54,167 nucleotides of DNA. Source: Candidatus Omnitrophota bacterium (GTDB taxonomy: Bacteria; Omnitrophota; Gorgyraeia; Zapsychrales; Fredricksoniimonadaceae). Of the stretch, positions 46,807 to 54,167 are shown piece by piece (the stretch's first letter is position 1; each line of letters opens with the position of its first letter). Position numbers and translations under genes: made by a program. The stretch covers positions 1 to 54,167 of the forward strand of contig JACQCF010000023.1 of assembly GCA_016201795.1 (NCBI GenBank), written 5' to 3'. The notes beneath the pieces are model-generated. The model was not told the origin of the DNA, made no database searches, and was given only the letters and a program-made list of their open reading frames with translations.

Positions 46807-49800
46807 CTGGCTATCCTTAAAAGACAAAATCGTTTCGCCTTTTGTCATTTTTTATTAAAGGGTATTTGGGGTGTAGTGTTTGCCGCCCTGTTCTTCTGGT
46901 CTGCGCAGGCCCAGGCCACTGTGCAGATTAACCAGGTGTTGAGGGGCAGCTATACTTTTACTGGTGGAAGCAGCGGAGTTGGTGGAGAGGCAAGCACAGT
47001 CGTTGCTATTGGCGCAACCGTCAATACGGCCAAGTCCATTATACTACTAAGCACCTCTGCCAGCTATAATGCCCCCGGCGAGTCGCTTTTTTCTGCCTAC
47101 TTTGATGACAGTTCTCACATTATCATTCAGCGCGGTCTGGCCAGCGAGAATAATACCGGCACTCCCACCGTCAACTGGCAGGTCGTCGAATTTGCCAATG
47201 GCGTAACGGTCACCGCAGGTTCTACCAGCCTAGGCACTACCATCACTTCTAAAGTAGTTACTTTGCCCAGCAGTCTTACCGATGGCAAAGCCATGGTCAT
47301 TCTTAACGGAGGCACTCTCACCGGTATGTTTGAAAATTACTATTATTCACTCGGTAACCAGAGCGGCCGCACTTTAGCTGCCGGCAACGACGAAGTCTGG
47401 ACGCCAACGGCAGATATCACTACTTACGGTGATGCCAATAATGCTGCTCAAATAACCATCCAGCGTAATGATAAGGATTCAGACTCCTCATCGAAGTCGG
47501 TGAATGTTGGACTGACGGTGTATTATCAGGTCATCTCGTTTGACGCGGATGTGAGTATACAGCATGGTACGAGTAGCATCACCAATACTGCGTCCTCAGT
47601 CACAGCTACTGTGACATCGGTTGATACTACCAAATCGATGCTGTTTTTTACTTATCGTGCCCCGGCGAATGCCAGTGGTGCAGGTTTAGGGGTGGAATCA
47701 GATTATGCCTTAAGTGGCGCGATTACCAACTCTACCACTTTAACCTTTACCCGTGCCACCACCGGCTCCACCGGCTCATCAGCACCGCTGAATATTGCTT
47801 GGTTTCTGTTGACCTTTACAGACGCCACATCAATCCTCAGCGGGAGCTTAAGTAGCGGCACTAATGCTTCGATTTCGACTGGGACACTGACGCTGGATAC
47901 TGTCCATAATTTCAGTCTTATCTCGGCCTCCGGCGCCAGCGGTGATAGCGCCACTGGATTTGGTGATATATTATGGCGACAAACTTTCAGCAGTACCGTT
48001 CTCACGGCCAACCGTGACGGCGGCGGGACCACCGCCACTACCATTCCGTATTTTATAGCCCAACCTCCGTTAGTCAAAGTGGTTACTCCCGCTGGCAGCG
48101 AGACTTGGAAAGTGCACGATACTCAAAATATTACTTGGACAGCAGCAGCTTCGGTTGCCAATGTCAAAATCGAATATTCTGGCAATAATGGAGGAGCGTG
48201 GAATACCATCATTGCCTCCACCGCTTCCTCGGCCGGTTCTAATAACTATAGCTGGACCGTGGGCTATAATTCTGACGGCAGCAGCATATTCCCAAGTTCG
48301 GAAGTAGCCACCCAGTGTTTGGTCAGGATTACAGATACTGCCAGTTCTAGTAATACGATGACCTCTCCCGCGTTCACTATTAAAAGCCAACTTTCCATTA
48401 CGGCACCCGTGGGCGGGGAACTCTGGCTGGTCACCGATACCACGCGTGCTATCACCTGGAACAGCTATGGGAATTTTAACAGCACTGTTAAATTGCAGTA
48501 TTCCATTGATGCGGCTCACACGACTTGGACTAATATCAGCGGTGCCACCACTATAACAACAGCAACCAATGGATCTAATAGCTATACCTGGAGCTCCATT
48601 CCCATCGCTGCGACCGGGGCAACCGACAAGATACAAGTGGTTTCCAATGCCGCCACTCCTACCGTTTCCAGTGCCAGCCCCAGCAATTTTGAAATCCGCG
48701 GTTCCATCACCGTTACCGCTCCCGCGGCCAATGCCGTATGGTCTACCGGCTACGCCAACACTATCACATGGACCTTAGGTTCCACCACCACCAACGTAGA
48801 TCTTTCCTATTCTGTGGATAACGGAGTCACTTATACCTCCATTGCTACCAATCAAAACGCGCAGAATATTGACTCTACTCACGGCTCCTATAGCTGGACT
48901 CCGGCGCTTAGTCTAACCCCCAGCACCACATCCTACATCAAGGTGGTTGACCACAGCAGTAGTAACGTGTCTGCAATCAGCGGTAAGTTTACTATACAAG
49001 CATCGATAACGGTCAATTCTCCTGTCGGCGGAGAAGTCTGGAAGGTGGATGATACCAATGCCATAACATGGACCTTGGGCGGCGGCACCAGCATCACCTA
49101 TGTTACCATTAAATACTGCACGGATTTCAATACCAGTCAGACCTGGCAGACTGTGACAGGCGCAGGACAGGTTGATGCTACCCTGGGCACTTTTAACTGG
49201 ACTGTCCCTGATGCCATTGGCGCTGCTACTGGAGTGAGGATTTATAAATATCTGGATGCCACCATTTATGGTACATCCCCCGCCGCTTTTAGTATCAAAG
49301 GCAACATTTCAATCATTAATCCCGCCGCAGGCATCTACATGCCCGCTAATTCGAATTACGTGATTACCTGGACTCCTCACGGCGGTTTGCACACGGCTTA
49401 CGGTGATAATTTCAAGCTGGAATATTCTAAAAACGGGGGTACAAGCTTCAGCACTATTTATACCGGTCTCAATGGAAGTTCCGGCTCAACTACCTGGAAT
49501 TCTGCAGACATTCCTATAGATAACCTGCAGGCAAGCAACACACAAATAAAAATAGGTTTGTCAGGAGATGACAGTGCCCCCAATGGTGTTTATGGTCAAT
49601 CGAGCAGTTTTTATATTATTGGAAATCTTAGCCTTACTTATCCTACTGGCGGTCAAACTTTTAATATCGGCAATGCTTGTGTGATCACGTGGACCGCTTA
49701 TCCGAGCGGTAATAACCAATTGGGCGCGGTACGCATCGCTTACTCTATAAATAGCGGGACTGACGGATATCCTGACACCCAGGTCATTGCAACCGGTATC

Positions 49801-52800
49801 GACGCTTCCACGGGCCCCACCGGTTATAGTTGGACTATTCCCAACACCGACCTTTTGTATTCTACGGACAGGATACAGGTAAAACTTGCCAGTGATGCAA
49901 GCGGACAAGTCAAAACTGCCTCGACTACTGATTTTAATATAAAAGGAAGCTTGACCCTGACCCGTCCTTCTACCAATTCGGGAGACACTGCTTTAACCTG
50001 GTTATGCGGAACCCAAGAGAATATTACCTGGACGAGGCAGGGGAGCTCCATGGGCGCGGTCGATATCTTTTATTCCAAAGACAATGGCAATGACCTGTAT
50101 GTCAACGTTATAGATAATAGCGGGACAATTGCTTCTTCTGCCCAGACTTATGCCTGGACCATTCCCAGCGATGCTACGGTTTTCAAGACCGGAGATAACG
50201 GGGAAAATACTCAGGTTAAAATCAAGCTGGTTTTGCATAGCGACTCCTCGGGTGTTAATTCTAAGTCTGCCCAACCGCTGACCATTAAGTCTCAATTCAC
50301 CAACCTTGTCCCTAACGGCGGCACTATAACGGTGGGGTCACCTTTTAATATTACGTGGACCACCAAAGGTGATGTGGCAACGGTCAATGTCAACTACAGT
50401 ACTAACAGCGGCGCCGACGGCTACCCCAATGCTATCGCTACGAATGTGAGTAATGCCGGGGGCTGGAACTGGAATCCTGTCAACTGTCCTGTTAGCGGCA
50501 CCATACGAGTGAAAGTTGTAAGCACCGCTCATAGTGACATTAACACCCCATCCGCGGGGGATGTCAATGCCAAGGGTAGTTTGCAAATAACGGCCCCCAC
50601 TTCCGCCAACACGGGGACCAGCGCTTTGATTCCCGGCCATACGTTTAGGATTACCTGGGTGACTAACGGCGGGGTGGGTTCGAATGTTGGATTGGTGGAT
50701 TTATATTATGCGCAGGATGGCACCACGTTTGGCAGCTCTTTTGCTCAGGTGGATACGTCAGTGCAAAATTACTACGACTGGACCGTTCCCAGCCCAGCCA
50801 GTCTTCCGATTACTACTGCTAAACTCAAGGTGACGGAGCATGATGATAGCAGCGTAACCTCTACCTCGCCGGATCCCTTTGATATTAGAGGAAATCTCTG
50901 GGATGGCACGACCAATCATGCCCTCGTCGAGCCCAACGGCGGAGAAATATATTATGTCGGCGGTAGCAATATCAACATGCAATGGAAATTTCAAGGAGTT
51001 GTCGGTAACTGTGACCTTTATTACGATACCAGCGCAGGTAGCGGCGGTTATCCCAATCACATCGCCACGGTTGCCTATAATAACAATGTCAGCAACGGCA
51101 TTGCCTCTTACAGCTGGACGGTCCCCGGTTCTGCCGGCACCCAATATAGAGTCAAACTTGTTTCTGTCAATGACCCAACCTATGCTTATGCCAACTCCCA
51201 GGGGAATTTTGTTGTCAAAGGTAATGTGGTGCTGACAGCACCGGGTATGAATGCCGGCTCCCCTGAGGTCTGGTATGTGGATAGTACCAATCCCGTTTCC
51301 TGGAATATGACAGGCGGCATATCCCAGGTGGATTTACTTTTGGATACTCACGGCGGAAGCGATAGCTATACCGACTATGTCATTGCCTCCGGTATTGGTG
51401 GCAGCGCATCACCTTATCAATGGAGCATTGCCCAGGAGACAGACAGACAAACGATAACTTCCAACACTTGCCGGGTGCGCGTTAGGGACCATAATGACAC
51501 CACGGTCTATTCCAGTTCCACCAATAACTTTTCCATGAAGCCTCGGGTCACTATTGGCGCACTTCAAAATACACCGTGGGCAGTACAAGATCAGCCGACC
51601 ATTACGTGGACTAACAGTGGTACTATTTCCCAATTGAATTTGTATTATTCGTCAGCTGGCCAAAGCGGACCATGGGGAAGCGCACAAATAACCGGTATTA
51701 GCGCCGCGGCGGGAAGTGTTATTTGGACCATTCCGACCAGCGCAGTTTCGTGGGGGAATGCGGTTTTGAAATTGGTGAGAGTAGAGAGCGGAACGGAAGA
51801 TACCGCTGTTACCAGTCAATCTCCCAACTTTACAATTAAAGGGAAGATTAATGTTACCGCGCCTTTGACCAATCAGACTTATAATGTCCAGCAGACCGGG
51901 ACGATTACCTGGAATGTGGTGGGAGCCGTGGGCAATGTGGACATCAAATACAATACGAATTCTGCCGGCGGTTATCCGGACACGGACTGGGCTGCTTTTA
52001 CGGGGGCAACAGGCATAGTCCCTGATTATTGTACCAATGTCCCTGGAACACCCTACACCTTTACCATTCCCAGCACTACGGCACCATCGGTAAAAATTAG
52101 AATCTTTGAATCCAACCATGCTGAGGTATTTGGCCCTCCCATGGCTGGTTCACCGACGCATAATTTTAAAGGAAGTATTATTTTTGATAAACCCCCTGGC
52201 AATCCAAGTACTAAAAATCAAACCATCACCATAGGACCCAGTTCCTACACCATCAACTGGTCACTGGTGGGTGATTTTACCACGCTGCGCGCTTATTATA
52301 AGAAAGTCGGCGATGCTCAATGGTCGCAGATTGGCTCTGATTTAGGAGGGACCATTACTCAGACGAATTATACACCCATTGACTCTGATATCACCGCTGC
52401 CGATGGTTCCAATAAGGTTCTCTTTCGTGTTGAGGATGCCTTAGATCCTAGTAACGTGTACGCTGAGACCGGTACTAATGAAGGCAATACCGTTGTGGGT
52501 GCTTTGCAGATATTAGAACCCGTCACGCCAGTGGAGCTGACCGTGGGCAGCACGGTTGAGGTAAAATGGAAAAAATATGGAAACATAGGGAATCTCAAAT
52601 TCGAATTGTGGAATGGCTCCCAATGGTTGAATAATGCCGGGGGTTCCAATCTTCCCGATACTTATCCTTCTGGAACATCGGGGGAGAGCGGTATTGTGCT
52701 CGTACCCAACTGGACAGTGCCGGATAAAATTGGATCTGGTCTCCAAATTCGCGTCACGTCTATTACTTATCCATCACTCACCAGCACGACGGGCCAATTC

Positions 52801-54167
52801 ACTATTAAAGGCGGCTTCTCTTCCATTAATACTCCTGCCACTTGGTATGTGGGTCAAGATCATGTGATCAACTGGCAGGCCAATGGCAGTATGTCCAGTG
52901 TGAAAATCGAACTTTACAATGGTACCACTTGGGCGACCATTGCGAATGCTTATGATAACGGGGGGGCCGGACTTATCAACGGGGCCAACTCTTACACGTG
53001 GAGCGGTTCGGATACTCTTCAGCAGCAGAGAAGTTCAACGTGTAAAATCAGGGTTACCTCCAATCAGAACCCCGATGTTTACATCGAAACAGGTAATTTC
53101 ACCTTAATTCCCCAAGTGACTGTCACAACACCCTCGCAGGCGTGGATTGCCGAAAGTAACAGCAACACCATTTCGTGGAATACCATCGCCGCTCCCACTA
53201 CCAATGTGGATATTATTCTCTCCGATGCCAACAATGGGACCGGTTACCCGGTGACTTTAGCCAGCAATATAGCCAAAGGTTCTTCTCCTTATGCCTCAAC
53301 CGTAACCCTTCCGGCGACATTAACGGCGGGGGCTACAATCCGCGTTCGGGATCACGATTTTCCTAACCTCATTTACGGAGACTCCAGTACCTTTAACGTG
53401 ATTGGTCAGATCATCATGTCTCCGACGGACAATACCCCCAACGCTTCTTCCAACTGGCCTGCGGGTTCCAGTCAGGCCATCACCTGGTCCAGCAAGGGGA
53501 ATTTAGGTCAGGTCAATATCAAGTTTAAACATGATGGCGGCTCCTATTCAGCGCCGTTGGCTGGTTCTCCTGTGGCGGTTTCTGACCATTCTTATACTTG
53601 GAGCTTGCCTACGGATGTCATTTCTCAACATGTGCAGGTTAAAATAGAATCGGTCAATAATCCCACACAGGAGTATGTGGAATCGCCGGAATTTTCAATA
53701 AGAGGAAGCTTTACTATCGACAGTCCGGGAACTGTAAATTCAGGAGATCCTTATACCATAACCTGGAGCCAGCCCGCTAATCAGGCGAATCTCATCCCCA
53801 ATGTTATTTTGCAGTTTTATGATGGTGCCGCTTGGAATTATATTATTTCCAGCGCGCCCCATACGGTTTCTAACACGGGAAGCTACAGCTGGTCAGTGCC
53901 TACCAATGTTCGTGCGACTACTTGCAAATTACAGGTTTCCGACCCTAATAATTCATCGGCAGTGGATCAGACCGACAATTTCGAAATCAGGCCTTCCATC
54001 AATGTTACTGCCCCCACCTCTGCCGCCCAATGGACCATCGGCACTCAAACGGGTAACAATATCGTCTGGTCCACCGTGGGACCTGTGCCCACAGTCAAGA
54101 TTGAATACTCCAAGGACAATGGCACCACCTTTAGCTATGTCATCGAAAGCTCCATTGACGGGGCCAG
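46807..54167 (+). CDS. Giant exported repeat protein (putative adhesin/surface filament), truncated by the window end
   Basis: Frame 1 after TAG 46801: no stop in the lines translated fully (to ~49980 and the last line), and repeat motifs stay in this frame to the end (>2450 codons); signal peptide ending AQA|TVQ; 4 N-terminal repeats then about 20 S/T/G/N-rich ~100-aa repeats; start codon uncertain. Confidence 0.92.
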   Translation, partial: MAILKRQNRFAFCHFLLKGIWGVVFAALFFWSAQAQATVQINQVLRGSYTFTGGSSGVGGEASTVVAIGATVNTAKSIILLSTSASYNAPGESLFSAYFDDSSHIIIQRGLASENNTGTPTVNWQVVEFANGVTVTAGSTSLGTTITSKVVTLPSSLTDGKAMVILNGGTLTGMFENYYYSLGNQSGRTLAAGNDEVWTPTADITTYGDANNAAQITIQRNDKDSDSSSKSVNVGLTVYYQVISFDADVSIQHGTSSITNTASSVTATVTSVDTTKSMLFFTYRAPANASGAGLGVESDYALSGAITNSTTLTFTRATTGSTGSSAPLNIAWFLLTFTDATSILSGSLSSGTNASISTGTLTLDTVHNFSLISASGASGDSATGFGDILWRQTFSSTVLTANRDGGGTTATTIPYFIAQPPLVKVVTPAGSETWKVHDTQNITWTAAASVANVKIEYSGNNGGAWNTIIASTASSAGSNNYSWTVGYNSDGSSIFPSSEVATQCLVRITDTASSSNTMTSPAFTIKSQLSITAPVGGELWLVTDTTRAITWNSYGNFNSTVKLQYSIDAAHTTWTNISGATTITTATNGSNSYTWSSIPIAATGATDKIQVVSNAATPTVSSASPSNFEIRGSITVTAPAANAVWSTGYANTITWTLGSTTTNVDLSYSVDNGVTYTSIATNQNAQNIDSTHGSYSWTPALSLTPSTTSYIKVVDHSSSNVSAISGKFTIQASITVNSPVGGEVWKVDDTNAITWTLGGGTSITYVTIKYCTDFNTSQTWQTVTGAGQVDATLGTFNWTVPDAIGAATGVRIYKYLDATIYGTSPAAFSIKGNISIINPAAGIYMPANSNYVITWTPHGGLHTAYGDNFKLEYSKNGGTSFSTIYTGLNGSSGSTTWNSADIPIDNLQASNTQIKIGLSGDDSAPNGVYGQSSSFYIIGNLSLTYPTGGQTFNIGNACVITWTAYPSGNNQLGAVRIAYSINSGTDGYPDTQVIATGIDASTGPTGYSWTIPNTDLLYSTDRIQVKLASDASGQVKTASTTDFNIKGSLTLTRPSTNSGDTALTWLCGTQENITWTRQGSSMGAVDIFYSKDNGNDLYVNVIDNSGTIASSAQTYAWTIPSDATVFKTGDNGENTQVKIKLVLHSDSSGVNSKSAQPLTIKSQFTNLVPNGGTITVGSPFNITWTTKGDVATVNVNYSTNSGADGYPNAIATNVSNAGGWNWNPVNCPVSGTIRVKVVSTAHSDINTPSAGDVNAKGSLQITAPTSANTGTSALIPGHTFRITWVTNGGVGSNVGLVDLYYAQDGTTFGSSFAQVDTSVQNYYDWTVPSPASLPITTAKLKVTEHDDSSVTSTSPDPFDIRGNLWDGTTNHALVEPNGGEIYYVGGSNINMQWKFQGVVGNCDLYYDTSAGSGGYPNHIATVAYNNNVSNGIASYSWTVPGSAGTQYRVKLVSVNDPTYAYANSQGNFVVKGNVVLTAPGMNAGSPEVWYVDSTNPVSWNMTGGISQVDLLLDTHGGSDSYTDYVIASGIGGSASPYQWSIAQETDRQTITSNTCRVRVRDHNDTTVYSSSTNNFSMKPRVTIGALQNTPWAVQDQPTITWTNSGTISQLNLYYSSAGQSGPWGSAQITGISAAAGSVIWTIPTSAVSWGNAVLKLVRVESGTEDTAVTSQSPNFTIKGKINVTAPLTNQTYNVQQTGTITWNVVGAVGNVDIKYNTNSAGGYPDTDWAAFTGATGIVPDYCTNVPGTPYTFTIPSTTAPSVKIRIFESNHAEVFGPPMAGSPTHNFKGSIIFDKPPGNPSTKNQTITIGPSSYTINWSLVGDFTTLRAYYKKVGDAQWSQIGSDLGGTITQTNYTPIDSDITAADGSNKVLFRVEDALDPSNVYAETGTNEGNTVVGALQILEPVTPVELTVGSTVEVKWKKYGNIGNLKFELWNGSQWLNNAGGSNLPDTYPSGTSGESGIVLVPNWTVPDKIGSGLQIRVTSITYPSLTSTTGQFTIKGGFSSINTPATWYVGQDHVINWQANGSMSSVKIELYNGTTWATIANAYDNGGAGLINGANSYTWSGSDTLQQQRSSTCKIRVTSNQNPDVYIETGNFTLIPQVTVTTPSQAWIAESNSNTISWNTIAAPTTNVDIILSDANNGTGYPVTLASNIAKGSSPYASTVTLPATLTAGATIRVRDHDFPNLIYGDSSTFNVIGQIIMSPTDNTPNASSNWPAGSSQAITWSSKGNLGQVNIKFKHDGGSYSAPLAGSPVAVSDHSYTWSLPTDVISQHVQVKIESVNNPTQEYVESPEFSIRGSFTIDSPGTVNSGDPYTITWSQPANQANLIPNVILQFYDGAAWNYIISSAPHTVSNTGSYSWSVPTNVRATTCKLQVSDPNNSSAVDQTDNFEIRPSINVTAPTSAAQWTIGTQTGNNIVWSTVGPVPTVKIEYSKDNGTTFSYVIESSIDGA

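Noticed and set aside
47127-53366. About 20 short ORFs listed in the track on both strands
   Set aside because: They are shadows or alternate frames of the single giant frame-1 ORF and show no recognisable motifs.
48070-54167. Possible CRISPR array or DNA tandem repeat in the repetitive region
   Set aside because: The periodicity is only at protein level (about 300 nt, highly diverged); there are no identical direct repeats with spacers and no cas genes.
1-54167. Stop-codon reassignment, tRNA or rRNA genes
   Set aside because: Genes end normally at TAA, TAG and TGA with expected lengths; no cloverleaf or rRNA-like segment was recognised by eye (tRNAscan and Infernal were not run).

Overview
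A gene-dense, mostly plus-strand bacterial chromosome segment. Gene content and style suggest Candidatus Omnitrophota (inference, not tested). Bases 1-38.7 kb hold housekeeping and envelope genes: three minor pilins, a peptidoglycan-peptide salvage trio, an MNT-HEPN toxin-antitoxin pair, trxA-panD-def-lipA, an Mla-type ABC system, greA, sugar-modification and GT-C genes, a phosphorelay, RNA-modification enzymes, rmuC, pgeF and cutA. After an AT-rich gap (~38.8-39.1 kb) comes a co-directional locus: ExeA-like ATPase, GspC/PilP-like protein, secretin, coiled-coil/TPR protein, three small exported proteins and a SurA-cyclophilin fusion. It ends in a giant ORF that the supplied track missed (~46807 to past the window end, >2450 codons, about 20 Ig-like repeats, no ATG at its apparent start). 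Several families of short palindromic or repeated elements are also present. Some sit in frame inside proteins, some supply stop codons, and one supplies the RBS and ATG. Several genes appear leaderless. I saw no tRNA, rRNA, CRISPR array or intact transposase.
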